DNA of 63,147 bases, counting the filler, from Parasitella parasitica NRRL 2501 (lineage: Eukaryota > Fungi > Mucoromycota): the NCBI GenBank assembly GCA_025201805.1. It is 5 parts of 5 records of this genome, joined end to end, with 100 filler letters (N's around TTAATTAATTAA, not from the genome) between each part and the next. Parts side by side here need not be neighbours in the genome. Positions count along the whole stretch, not along the records: positions 1 to 25,157 come from MU619265.1; 4 more parts are not named here. One strand, written 5' to 3'. Positions 11,536-25,257 of this stretch are shown piece by piece. Each line of letters begins with the position of its first letter. The first letter of the stretch is position 1. A model generated the notes under the pieces. That model was not told the origin of the DNA, made no database searches, and was given only the letters and a program-made list of their open reading frames with translations. Made by a program: the position numbers and the translations under genes.

Positions 11536-12959
11536 TCATACTTCAACTCGACGATCACCAAATGTAACATCAACGGGACCCAGAGGCTTGGCTTGTCTAA
11601 TTTCCTTGACTTCAGGTGTGTTCAAGACGGTAGCGGCAGTGGTAGCTTGGGGTATGCAAAACTGGGAGTGTACAAAGGGAAGTTGCAACGCGCGAGTGTT
11701 GCGAATGGGTCCTTCAGCAGTGACCATAACGGTACCCTTGAATTGAGCAACCAAATCAGAATTAAGCTTTGTACGCATTACAGGGTAAGCAGAAACGAGT
11801 TTATGTTCTAACAAAGACGTCAAGCCAAGACGAGCAGTATTACTAGACAACGAGCGAGTGGCAAACGGGAAAACAGTGTGATTAGCATTTATTTCGGCGT
11901 AGGCTTGACGGGCAGACTTCATCTTGAGTTGGTATGATTGATTCACATCTCTTTGATAGACAAAGGGCTTGTATTCAGTGTTTTTGACAGACCCATCGCC
12001 AGTGGTCAAAGCAACGTTCAGTTGATACACTTGGTTAGCCTCAATCTCAAAATCATACTTTTCCAAGTCTTGAATAACCAATTCATCGAGGAAACGGTTC
12101 TCAATGTCCTTACCAGCGCGCAATACGAAACGTTTCATAGGAGAAGAAAATGTACCTTCAACAGGTTGACAGCGGAAATAGGCAGCAATCTCAGTAATAG
12201 CACGAGTGATTTCTGACGCCTGAGTGATGTACATATCAATATCCAGTCTATTACCGCATCCCAATGAAGACTATAATACCTTAATACCAGGACGAAGCAT
12301 ACGAAGTGCTGTCTCATATGCATAGTAGGTGGCAGCAATTACATCAGCAGCCTTGCCAATAGTAGGTTCTTGAGGGTTAGATGAGATTGCGGTAGTATGA
12401 GCAGCAGTAGCAATGTAACCGTCGACATGAGCACCCAATTCACTATGAAGGTGGGTAAAAAAAAGGGGGGGGTCAATGGCTTGTGTTTTTTCGTTATTAC
12501 CTCTCGATAAAACTTACATTTTGACAACATCTCCTGGTTTCAAGTTGATATCATTCTCGGCAAGTGGTGAAAAGTTATGGATAATGTTGTTCACTGATAC
12601 GCAGGTAGGTACAGCGATGCCTCTTTCAGAATTTTTAAACATTTTTTCGGTCTATTTTTTATTTAGTCTTCTTATTTTTGTCAAATGTTTCGATTTCGCT
12701 TACATGAGCTTCCATGAGATCATCGCCGAATTGACAGAGATCACAGACAGAGATGCCAGCGCCAACCTTGGCTACCACAAGAGGGAGGATGCCTATCGCA
12801 AAAATGATGAGTATCATGGAAACCCCTTTTCTTGTCAAATGTACCATTGACAACATCGGCGGCGAGTTGATACTTTTCCAAAACATCAGGGTTAGTCAAA
12901 GAATTATCAGCTTCGAATTTGGAGGCTGGGTAGGCCACAGAAACTTCCATATTTGACAT
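11536..12959 (-). CDS. ARX1: Arx1/PA2G4(Ebp1)-family M24 pseudo-peptidase (60S maturation/export factor)
   Basis: Spliced reading: LTNPDVLEKYQLAADVVN...VCDLCQFGD...ERGIAVPTCVSVNN...PGDVVKIELGAHVDGYIATAAHT...YQLKMKSAR...FPFATR...LVAQFKGTV. Arx1 versus Cdb4/PA2G4 subfamily not firmly resolved. Confidence 0.82.
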
Positions 12960-13689
12960 TTTGCTATGGATATCTTGGTCAAAGAAGGTAGTGAAGACAT
13001 TTTTTTCTCAACGTTGTCCAGTTTTAACTTTTTTTTTTTTTTTTTTTTTTTACATATTAAGCCACCCAATGTCACTGTTTTCAAATTGGTGCATAAACTT
13101 GGTTGTCATGATTGGGTCACAAAGACGTTCAAACAAGCGACGATGTCCTTAAATTTGATGGCACAAGTACGAGATTTTCGTTTTACGATTCTCCTGGGAA
13201 TTTAGCTAACTAGAAATCGGATTACTTTTGATATATTCGATGGTCAACTAAACCAATCCAGCATGCCAAACACTTCATTCTCTTGTCTTTAGCAAAATGA
13301 TGGTAATGGGCATGTACAGATTAAATCAACTTGATTTTAAATCCCATAATCCGGGCACCTTCTTTGCCTCAAGTGTGCCCTGTATTGTTATACATTATTG
13401 AGCTTCATGCTCATCATTTATGTATCAGCTTGATGCAAATCAGTTATATACAAATGTTGTGCCAACTGTAAAAGCATTCAACGTGATGTACCCAAATTGT
13501 TCGGTAATGGAAGATCCAGAATTGATATTTAGTTGTCGTAGAAACCAATATCTAATGCCCTTTTGGTAATGATTTTGTTTTCAGTTAGGCATCCAGAAAT
13601 CAGCGAAACAAAAATATTCAAAAACCTTCTTTAATATTTTTATTCAATAATAAATGCATTGTTGTTTTGTAATATTATCAATTTGGGTA

Positions 13690-16478
13690 TTATACATCCA
13701 TCTTACTTGTGAGATCGGTACGAATTTCTTCGATATCTCGCAGGATAGAAGGAGAATTCAGCTGTTGGGTCAATACTATTGTTCCAATAAGTTCATAGCT
13801 TTTCGTAAAGCTTAGAAACGAAAACAAGGTACTTAAAACGCCCACTAATAAGGGTTTCTTATTCACATTTCTTATTGCCGAATTTCCAAAGTATCGTAAC
13901 ATGGAGAGGAGTATATTAATAGAGCCACGAAGTGTTGATCTATCAACTGGACTGCCCTTCAACGCATTTCCCCAATCAATGGTAAACAACGGTTTTTCTC
14001 GAGATGGAGTCCCATCTTTGACAAGAGAGGTCATCCATACATCACACACATTCGCGGGTAGGGCTTTCGTCACATAATAATGTAAAATGGACATCCAAAT
14101 AAAATACTTGCCATCATCGTTTACATACTGAATTTGATCTAATGAAAACATACCATCCTCTGCATCACTGATCTCGGAAATCTTGTCATCTGTAAGAAGC
14201 TTGAGTACTTGGCCAAGACCAAATAAACGCATTGTTCGGATCAATATTTCTGTCGCCTTTTCAGATATCACCATAGTTACTATATAAATACGATTTACGT
14301 TATTTTTCAATTTGGGGCCTTCCAAGTAAAACTAACCAGTGCTGCATGAAAGCTTGATACTTCTTAGCTGTTCCTTGATGAGAGATATTTGCTTTGTTTG
14401 ATCTGATTCTGCCAACACAATCTGCCAGAATACATCTATAGAATCAGGAAACTGCCTCACGCAATCTTGACAATCTCGCATAAAGTGTTCACTTTCTCGG
14501 CCATTGACATACATGGACATCTCTAGTTTCAGAGCAGCAATGAATTCGGTTGTTGGATAGGCGATAGATAAATCACAGACCATGTTGTAAGTCTCTACCA
14601 ATCGGTCTGCATACAATGACAATCCCCCATATTCGTTAGAATACAAGGTGCTCAAGTCCACATCTTTGGGAATCCAGGAAAAGATCGAGGGGACTACGAA
14701 TTCCATTACATTTGTGAATGGTTTATCATGATACTTTCGATACAGCAGGCCCAGCAAAGGACTTTCATGGTACGTATCGGATATTTCAAGTTTCACAGGC
14801 AAACCCTTTGGCATAAATGTCAAATTAATAAAGGTAAATTCCGGTCTTACTTGATTCAAGTACTTACCGCCGGAGAAAGGAATACAGTTTTATCTTTAAT
14901 ATCGTCCCCAAGCTCAAGTGCCTAAGGCATGAAATAGTTAACTTTGATATTTATGCGAAATAAACACACACACACACACACACACACATTCATATTACAT
15001 ACATTGGTAGATGATGCAGAAGACCGTTTGTCAGCAGTAACCAAGCGGCGAGGTTTTGGCAAGTTTCGAACCACATTGGCAGGATAAGCATCATGCTTCG
15101 AATCACCAAATATTCTAACACTGATTAATTCACTGACATAAACCAAGGCGGCCTGCAATTCCTCCGCATTTTCCATGCGAGAGATGGGCGAATGTAAATC
15201 GGCGTAAGGTGATAAAGCATTGAGTGTGTGTCTTGTGTCGTTATGCCGCCTCGTGTATCTGGTTCTTTTATACCTGGGTGGATTTAACGGGGGTGGCGGA
15301 GGCGGTATATGTGGAGGCGGCATTGTATCTGGAGGTGGTGGCGGAGGAGGCGGGGGATTCATGTAAAAGCTGTATCTATTAGTGTATAAGGCTTGCCGTG
15401 GCATGGATTGCTCAGGGTGTAATGTTTGTAGATGAGGATAGTGCTGGATATGAGGTGGTATTTGTTGAGCAAATGGCATAGTTAGACCAGTAATATCGTG
15501 TGCTGTAATTGTAGGAATGTAATCTAGTGGAGGTGCAAGTGGAGGTGCAGTCGGTCTCCAAAGATTCTTATTGACAAAGTGATCCCCGTTGGTATGCGGG
15601 CGTTTGCTGCCTAGCTTTGGTGAGGGTGAGAAACGGGTTGGAGTCGCTTCCTTTTTCTTGGGTTCCTTTCTGTTTTTTTCTATAGAAAGCTTTACCCTAA
15701 TGCCCAATAGCTTGAGATTGATGTCGCTCTTACGAGAAGACTGTGCCTCCAATTCCCTGTTCAATTCTTGTATTTCCTCCTGAGTTGTTGACCGATCTTG
15801 CTGCATCTGTTGTAACTCTAAATCTATGTCATCACCAATGTCCAGGGCAGTCTCAAACGAGTCTTCGTCAGAGTCGTCTCTTTCGCTTGAAGTATATGGT
15901 TCTTTTGCTGATACAACAGCCGCAGAAGACCTGCTATCCGATGCTTCGTTCGATGTCATCACTGTATCAGTTTCAGTTGCGTCTACCTGCATAGAATCGT
16001 CAGAATCGCTATCAATGACAATTAGCTCTGTCGGTGCTGTAGCATCTACTTTTGCTGCTGATACTGCTGGCGGTATAGGGTCTGGTCTAGCTGAACTTGA
16101 TGAGGCGGCTGCTTTTACGGTAATACGTTTGCCTCTCTTTCGAGCAGTAGCATCGAGTCCTTCTTGAATCTCTTGCTTCTTCTTTTTCAGTAAGTTTTGG
16201 GCTTGTCTCTCCTCTCTATCTTTGATAGCCTCTCGAAGTTTGAGAATTTGCTCAGTTCGAATCATGTATGCATTTTTGGTAGTCCTTGCAAAACGTGCTG
16301 GGTACGGTGGTGCAGTTTCGATGGCATTTTCAAAAGGGCCATACATCCTTTCGATAGTATCTTCTTGGCCCTCGTCGTCAGAAATCTGAAAGATGTATGT
16401 TCTATTGCTTTCTGATTCAGGAACCAGAGGCTGTGGCATAACAACTTTAGAATCGTGATCTTTGCCTGATTCTGACAT
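13690..16478 (-). CDS. Large uncharacterised protein: acidic/coiled-coil N-terminus, poly-Pro tract, helical C-terminal region (possibly extends by further exons to ~13050)
   Basis: Three long same-strand ORFs (518, 175, 211 aa) are joinable by GT-AG introns (e.g. GTTAGT...TATATAG ~14336-14280). Weak architectural resemblance to Red1/ZFC3H1 is inference only. Confidence 0.7.
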
Positions 16479-18166
16479 GGTGTTCAGTAATCACAAAGAG
16501 TGTAAAGTAAACAGAAGAAAAGAAGAGAGAAAAAATTAATGGCTCAAATTTTAAAGTCATGTCGTTGGGATGGGTACAATAATACCAACTGATTCAAGCC
16601 ATTGCAAAAATTTTAGAGATTCCGCTTTGAATGTGTGGCATGCTGCTGTTATGACCAAGCACGCTAGAAGACTCTAGTGGCCATTTCTCTGTTGCAATGT
16701 CTATCAAAGATGTCGAGCACATAACTTTCGAAAGCAGACCTCGGCTGTTTAACATCTGTTCAAAGAGCATTCCTTAGTATTTTAATGATCTTTTGAGTGT
16801 CCGTATGCGCTCAGTAACTTTAATAATCTTGGATGTTGTAGGGTACTCTATAAGTGATTAAAAACAAGGCATTTGCCAGTTGAAAACAAAAAAAAACAAA
16901 AAAAAAACAAAAAAACAAAGAGTTCAAAAGCTCTCAAGCTAGCCCAAATGATTGCCCAGAGCACGGGGGTGTAATCGATTGTTTGCCGTAGCATGCACTA
17001 GCCAAAAGTGGCCAAATTTTGCATAAAGTTGCCACATTGAGTAGTGTTTACGTAGAAAATCGGCTGTTGGTCGAAGTTTGCGCTTTTGGTCTGAAAACCA
17101 CATTGAAAATTGGCTCCATTTTAAGAAGTTGGTATTAAAACTACTGTATCCAGACAGAATAGAGCTTCCTACAGAAACTTTTAAAGCTATCCCCATGTAA
17201 TAGGTATCCTATGTTTTCGCAAGTAAGTCTTTTTGCAGCAAGACAATATCGCCCTAGTTCATCAAAAGGTTTGAAACATAACGAAATTGAAGATCCTGGC
17301 ACTTTATTATTATAGTTATCGTTCTTGTCTCTTTGTTATTATGATCTACGCTTATATGATTCTCCTCCCCCCCCCCCTCGTCATTTTACAAGTGCACATG
17401 TATTCGGAAGATGCCTTCCGCGAAACTCGAGACAGAAGATTGTATATCGTCCTAAACAAACACAAGACTTGGACTTGGTCACGCCTTTGCATATGTAAAT
17501 CAATTAATTGAATCTGTACATGCATGGAGTCTAAAGCATATTAAAATATAAATGATCCTCTCATGTATGTATATATATATAAATCATTGTATACGTACAC
17601 ATGTAAACAAAGCATAGATTCTTGTGGTACAAGTCTATTACTTTACGAAATAAGTTATAAAATCTTTGGTCACTGGCCATCCATGGTCGTGCTGGTTTAC
17701 TGGCAGATATTCTGCTGCAACTAATGCCATTGCACTCCTAGAATTTTAAGTAATATATACGTGTTTAGTGATCCGAATGCCTTGATTTCAAACCGCTTAC
17801 TATATATATACATATATACAGTGTAAACTTCCCCCTATTTTTTTCTGTTGGCTACATGGCATTCTCACATACACACAGCGTATTTACACAAATGACAGAA
17901 AACAAACAGAGTTTGCATTGCAACAACAGATGCGCAGCCCATTTTGGCCAAGGGAATAACCTTTGCTTGTTTAAGAAAGACGCATAAATCGAATAAATGT
18001 ACAAAGTTGTATTTTACTCATCACCATCTTCACCCCCCTCTCTCTGTTGCCGTCCCCCCTTTCCTATTCATAATAAATTACACTGTATTTTCTTTCTTTT
18101 GTTTTGTTTTCTTTTTCTCTCACTTTTTCTTACACACTTGATTTTTTTTTTCTATCGATTGAAAAA

Positions 18167-21100
18167 ATGATGGCTAATACTCCTCAATCATTAATGTCTA
18201 AAGAGGATTGTGATGACTATGAAGATTGCATAAGAGACACACACCAGCAGATTCAACAGTCCTACAGTATGACCGATCAAGATATTCATGCTACTATTAG
18301 CAGTTTGACTATATCGGATCAGCATCCAATGGATACGATTTTAGACACGTAAGTTTTTTTGTGCTGCTGGTACTGGAGAAATATGTGATCATCGGTCAAA
18401 GTAGAAAAAAGGCAAAATAAAATAAGGGGAAGACAAAGCGATAAACAAGGGGNNNNNNNNNNNNNNNNGGGGGGGAGAGAGAGAGAGAGGGATTATATAG
18501 AATTCCGTATAAAAACACGAGTGTAAACAAGAAGAAGGGGGTGGGGGGTTCGTTTATAGGAGAGGATAACAAACACACGCAAAAAAGAAAAACGTCAAAT
18601 TAAATCTCTAGTGTAACTTGTTATAGGAGACCCAACACGGCTTCTACCACTGCTGCTGCTGCTGCTTCAATCACGGCTTCTTCAACTGTACCCGTTAGCA
18701 ATTCTAGCGCATCCATGGCATACCGCAGCATATTCACTGACAATACCGCATTCACCCCTCAGTTGACAGATAGACATTTGTTCCGTAACAACTCCTTTTG
18801 TAAGTAGCCGTAGTGTGTCTTACAAGTATAGCTAACACGTTTATGGCGTAGCATTCCAGCCCGAATACCCTAATGCATTGATGAGCTATAACAACTATGG
18901 ATTAGACGGCCATCAGCAGTTATCAAGACGCGAGAGTTATCCCAACCTGGTACGTAATTATGTACATAATCATCATCATTGCTTACTCACTTAAGCGCAA
19001 TAAATAAAGAGCTCCAGCTATTTAGCAGACGAACACAACGACGCTGGTATTGGAAAGCATTCAGACTGGCAGGGCTATTTACAGAACGAGCCACCACAAG
19101 CTAATTATCTGATGCAGCCCACTAACAATGCGGCAGCATACCGTAAATACTCTGTTGACGTGGCCCCTTCTTTTGCGTATAAAAGGCTGGATATCTTGGA
19201 TAAAGCAAACGGTAAACTGACGCCATCCTATTCAAACCCGGATTTATCATCTGCAAGACGCATGGGTAGTTTAGATTCAGGAACCCGAAATTTGAGACGG
19301 CACGATCAAGGTGGATTTGAGGATTACCAGCACCACCACCACCAACAACAACTCCATCAGACATCAAGGCTCCCATCTTCTTTGTTGAACGGAAGCTCCA
19401 TCTACAGTTCGTCGGCAGCGTATCACCAAGCATTTTCTGGCATGGTAAATGCTCCTCCTCCTCCTCCCCCCTTGATGTCTGCTTCCACAAACACTATGAA
19501 CCCGTTATTAGCGACCCACCTAATGAGGCAAATGAGCATTAGTCAAAGCAGACCAACATCGCCAACCGTCAGCCGAAAGAATTCCATCCAGCAGCAGCTG
19601 AGAAGAACAAGCTCTGCTACTACTATGAATTCCAGCATGAGCAACTTGAACTCCACTTCACCGGAGCAGGATCGCTTTGCAACGATCCGCTTGGAGGATG
19701 TCGTTGACGAGATTTACTCTCTTTGCAAGGATCAGTATGGTTGCAGATTCTTTCAGAAAAAGCTGGAAGAGCAAAATCCAGAACAAAGGGATATTATCTT
19801 CACACAGATAAGTCCTCGCTTTGTGGAGTTGATGACAGGTAGATGCACATCAGTGTATACATATGCTAAATACAGTCAGCTCAACCTATTATACAGATCC
19901 TTTCGGCAATTATCTATGTCAGAAACTAATGGAATACTGTACAGACAGCCAAAGAACTGAAATTGTGGAGCAAGTTGCAAACGCTATCATCCCCATTTCT
20001 TTAAACATGCATGGCACGCGAGCAGTGCAAAAGATGATTGAATTCCTAAAGCTCCCAGAACAAGTAGGATTTACATGTATAACGAATGCAATTTGCGTGT
20101 ATGCTCATTCAATTATGATGCTGCTATAGATCCAAAAGACCATTGAAGCCCTGTCACCAAATGTTGTCACTTTGATCAAGGACATTAACGGAAACCATGT
20201 CATTCAAAAATGTCTGCATAGACTCTCGTTCACAGACAAGCAGTTTGTCTACGACGCAGTTAGCGCAAACTGCATTGAAGTAGCAACACATAGACATGGT
20301 TGTTGTGTTTTACAGCGATGCATCGATTTTTCTGCTGAAAGCCAAAAGGTAAAGGAGACACTCCCTTTTTTTTTTATCGTATATAACTAACATGTGTTTT
20401 GTATAGAAACAATTGGTCGATGAAATCATCCGAAATGCATTGACATTGGTACAAGACCCTTACGGCAACTATGTTGTGCAATATGTCCTTGAATTAGGAG
20501 ACGCTCAATTCTCGGATAAGCTGATACGCCAATTCATTGGCCATATGAGTGGACTATCCGTACAAAAATACAGTTCTAATGTCATGGAAAAGGTAACAAA
20601 CACAGGCAGCTTGGAATATATATATATTTTGTGTTCTAAATTTTTTTCATAGTGCATTCGTGTTGCTGAAGAAGACACTCGCCGACATCTCATTGAAGAA
20701 ATGGTTAATCGCCCTCAGCTTGAGAAATTGTTGAAGGATTCGTATGCCAATTATGTTGTTCAAACTGCCCTAGATTTCGCTGAGGAATCTCAACATCAAA
20801 AGGTAAGGCAAAGCACGGTTATACCAGTCTTGTGTATCTTTTGCTAAATGTCAGTCGGCATTGTGTAGTTGGGCGAATGTATCCGTCCCTTATTGCCCGG
20901 TATTCGAAACACTTCCTACTGCAAGCGCATTCAAGGCAAACTGAACAGGGAACAGAGACAAACACAAGTCCAACAACAATCCTTTCAGCAAAACTATTTC
21001 CAAACAAATTATACCATGGGAGGAGTAGGGTCAGGAGGCGGCGGTCTAGTAGGAGGAAGCGGTGGAGGGGGAGGAGCTGGCCAAGGGTTAAGTGGGAACG

Positions 21101-21216
21101 TTCATCCTTTGATAGGCAATCATGATCTAAGTTTTGTACCTACCACTACAGCTGCATCTCCTTTCGTTGGCAACATTCCTCATTATAGCTTTTCCGCTGC
21201 TTTTACCAACCCTTAA
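18167..21216 (+). CDS. Pumilio/PUF RNA-binding protein, Puf4/Mpt5-type, 8 repeats, many introns
   Basis: Repeat cores DQYGCRFFQ, DPFGNYLCQ, NMHGTRAVQ, DINGNHVIQ, HRHGCCVLQ, DPYGNYVVQ, QKYSSNVME, DSYANYVVQ. Low-complexity N-terminus. Small N gap in intron 1. Confidence 0.93.
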
Positions 21217-21493
21217 ACGCAGGCCAAGTTATAACTATCTCTCCAAACTTGTTGCTTTTGATGTACATCACTGTATACCTTTTTTTTTTATTCTCATCAT
21301 TATCATTTTCGTATTATAATTGTAACAATTTCTCCTGTTTACACATTGAATGGGGTTGTATGATACTCATTAACATATTCAAGTATATCGCAATTACATA
21401 TTTCAATTTCTTCTTGGTCTTTTTACTAGCTTTTTTCTGTTAATACATAAAATAACATGAACTACAAGTTTATTTCTAAATACTGCTGTCATA

Positions 21494-24400
21494 TTAATCC
21501 TTATGTTCTTCTTCTTCACCAGAGAAAGGATTTACAGGATATATATTGATGATTGGTGGTGAGACGAGGTTGTTGATTTGCAAGCGAACATCGATTTGAG
21601 AAAACATGCTAATAGTTTGCATGCAAGAAGCTTCATCTAGGATGACAGGTGGAACCAATTCACCAGCATCAACTACTTTATCACGAACTGGCTCCTTCAG
21701 TGTCAATCTAGCCAGACTATCGAGAGTCTCTTCCTCCTCTTCTTCTTCCTCGCCATTCTCATCATCGCTATATTTATCTTTACGGATTCTTTCTGTGTAT
21801 ATTTTTTCCTCGTTGTGCATTGTAACAGGAACACCACGTTTCCAAAATATATCCAAGCACAATTTGTTCTTGTCAAAATCGAACCGATCAACTGGAAGGT
21901 CCTTCAAATGAATCCGCTTCTCAAGGCCGTACTCTGGTATATACACGTCATATGTGTCTTTGGTAACTACAATCACATCTGCCTTTGTGTATACAGGGCC
22001 ATTGAGCTCCTCTAACCTGGTTAAATATCGTGTCAAGTAGACCATAATGTCGTTGTCCTGAGCATTTTTAGCACCGTCCTTTTTAGTATTACATTCAAAT
22101 GCGATTTTCTGCAACATCTTCTTGTTATATGGGCTAGGTGAGACTATCCATCTAGTTAGTATTATTATACACCCTGCATACAAAATAATATACCTCTATT
22201 AGATTTATTTTCGTTTGCAAGAGCAGTTTCCAATAACCGATGCACAATTACATCTGCATAACGACGGATTGGCGAAGTGAAATGGGTATAAAAATCTTCA
22301 TTAAGTGCGTAATGATGGAACTTGGAAATGTCCAAGGATCCTGAACAAAAGTATTTTGCACGCTGCATAGTACGAATAGCCAATATCAAAAGCACGTCTT
22401 TTACATCCTGGTTGTTGACCCTGTTAAAAGACGACTGAAGCGAACCAGCGCTATGGCCGTCGAAATCAAGACCAAGGACTTCAGTTATTCTAATAAACTC
22501 GTTCTGAAATAATCGGATTAGTGATTATTTCTCTTACAACATTATATTACATGTATAAGTACCAAACGTTTTGATAGAGGGTCCTCATGTCGTCTTAAAA
22601 GTGCCTCGTCTGGAAATGCCTTTGCGATTCTGTGAGCCACACTAATGTTTGCAAGTAACATGAATTCTTCAATCAATCGATTTGCATCCTTGGCCTCGAA
22701 TTGGGAAAATGAAATAGGGTCGCCCTTATCATCCAGCACAAACTGCAGCTTTACCGAGTTCATTGAAAGAGAACCACCATCATATCTTTCTTTTCGCATT
22801 GAAACAGAGAGTCTGTACAGTCTCAAAATATCGCTCGAGATTGCAGAATCGTCGTGTTTGCCGTAAACTTCGACATTGTCTGGTAAAGTATCGCCTTCGA
22901 TGACTCTTTGCGCATCCTCATAAGCAAGCTTAGCGCAAGATCTATTCAAAAAAAAAGTTAGTACTGGTTTCTCGCCCTTACTTGTGGCGCATTACTTTAT
23001 AATGGTCTTTCCAAACCAGGTTTCCACAGGTTTACCCTTCTTATCCATCTTCCAAATGACAGAAAACGCAAGCCTGCAGAGGTGTTATGTAACATGAAAT
23101 ACGCAAATACTACAATCTGTTAATTTTTACCTCTCTACACCAGGATTCAGACTGCAGAGTTCTTCACATAAAAGAGGGGGCAGCATGGGGATAACTGAAT
23201 CAACCAGATAAGTGCTGGTTCCCCGAGCTCTCGCTTCAGAATCGAGCGGTGTATTGCGCTTAAGGAAATAAGTAACGTCAGCAATATGTACGCCTACTTC
23301 AAAAAATCCGTCGTCCAATTCCTTAATGTGAAGTGCGTCGTCCAGATCTTTAGCTGTTCGTGGATCGATGGAAAAAACCCTTTCATTTCTTAAATCACGT
23401 CTTGATTTAAACTCTTTCTCGGGTATAGACCAAGGAGTTTCTGGCAAACATTGAAGAGCAACTGGTGTAAATGCATTGTCGATAATACAGTTGTTTGCGA
23501 TGATTGCTTGTCTTTCTGCATACAAATCTCCAATGGGACCGATCTCTCTGTCGATGCGACCAGTGGGATATCTGTCCGAGATTTGCCAACGTATTATGGA
23601 CGCCTAGTTCAAGTATGAATATGAGGCACTCGTTTATAATCAGCATGTCAAAACTTACAGAGAATATATGCGTTTTAAAATACTCTTCGTTGTCTGCTAA
23701 TTCTCGAGGAATATCTTTGCCTCGAAGGACGAAGAAGGGGATTCGACGATCCGAAGGTTTGAACCACGCGATCTGAGGGCCTGCCTGTTTATTTTCGTTG
23801 TTGTTTCTAAACGCTTCAGGCATTCCCGGTTTCTCTAAATATATGTGCCTAAAAATCAATGCAATCAGTGCAAAATGTCAATTGTTCCATGGTGACTAAT
23901 ATCATTACCCGGTGTAGTTTGCATAAGAAGCACGCTCAATTATGCTGATGACATTTCCACAGTAAGCAGGCTTGTGATTCTCTTCTTCCTCCCCTGACTC
24001 TCCGTTGCGAGTGTCCTCCTCTGTAAGCTCTGGTTTGACAGGCAACTCCTGCTCCTGTTCCTGCTCTCGATCTTTGTTTCTTTCTTTTTGGCGTTCCAAA
24101 TGCGATTCCTTTCTTTTTCGCTGGCGCTCTTTGCGTAGCTCCCAAACTTCATTGACATCCTTTAATTGTACTACCACGAGATCACCATCGAGCGCTCGAT
24201 TTCTATCACTCGTGCCTCCTATGTAAATGTCAAAGTCGAGATCGTCGGACTTGACATAGGCATCTGATGGGTTTTTGGTGAGACGCACAATGCCTTGGTA
24301 CAAGGTGCCCTCTGCGAACCCGAATTGGACATCCGCAGGATTCACAAAAGGTTGAAAAAAGGTGCGCTTGTTGTAAGAGTTTCTGTCCCAAGGGTGAAGA

Positions 24401-24998
24401 TAGGGTGTCATGCTTATAGCTATATATGTATTACAAAATAAATCTCCTTTTAGCGTAGAAAACAATCAATACATGTATCTGGAGGCTTCATACTTTTAAA
24501 TTTGGGTTTCTTGTGTTCTGCTGAAGTGCTGGTCACCCATTCCTCATCGGTAGATGAGGACTTGTCCTGATTATGCTCTTTGACAAAATGATCCCAGGTC
24601 TTCTCAACCTTTCTTGGAACTGGCTCATCAGATCTGTCGGGTGTTATCGCAACTGAGCGATCTGATGATGGGATTTCTGCTTGAGGTGCAGCAACGCCAT
24701 TCTCCATTGCAGGTGGTTTTTTCGCTTTGAATCGTCGAATTCGAGGTACCACATCATCCATGCTAATTCTTGGCTTACCATTGGAGTTGCCATGTCTCGG
24801 CCAGTGTTGCTTTCGGTGCTTTGGCTGTTGTTGCTCCTGTCCTTCATCAGCTTGCGGTGTGGCATTTGGTTTTCTCCAATTGTCAGACTCGTCAGCTCTT
24901 GATTTTCCTGGAATCTATGACATACAAAGTTGAATAAGATACATTAACAAGCTCAAGTATTTTCTTGAAAAAAAGTTTACGGATTTCTGGTTATTCAT
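21494..24998 (-). CDS. DIS3L2: DIS3L2-type RNase II/RNB 3'-5' exoribonuclease with intact catalytic motif
   Basis: DRNRALDGDLVVV (cold-shock domain), WFKPSDRRIP, SIDPRTAKDLDDALH (catalytic Asp intact, unlike Ssd1), ANRLIEEFMLLAN, HFTSPIRRYADVIVHRLL; no PIN domain. The 5' mini-exon with ATG 24998 is tentative. Confidence 0.88.
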
Positions 24999-25257
24999 TT
25001 GATTTATTTGTGTGTGTTGTAAACAAGCAGGAAAATAGGTTCTCAACAAAATTGGATGCTTAATAACAGAAAATAAACAGTCAAAACGATAACCTTCATG
25101 ACCTACTGTATATGGGTAAACTACTTTATGCTTTTTCGTCAGACAAACAAATAAAAANNNNNNNNNNNNNNNNNNNNNNNNNNNNNNNNNNNNNNNNNNN
25201 NTTAATTAATTAANNNNNNNNNNNNNNNNNNNNNNNNNNNNNNNNNNNNNNNNNNNN

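Noticed and set aside
21494-24998. SSD1 pseudonuclease or DIS3/RRP44 identity
   Set aside because: The catalytic DLDD motif is intact (not Ssd1) and there is no N-terminal PIN domain (not Rrp44).
25202-25213. TTAATTAATTAA embedded in N runs (also ~53633, ~55888, ~61637)
   Set aside because: The identical all-frame-stop linker sits centred in each ~100-nt gap. It is a scaffolding artefact, not a biological repeat or piggyBac site.
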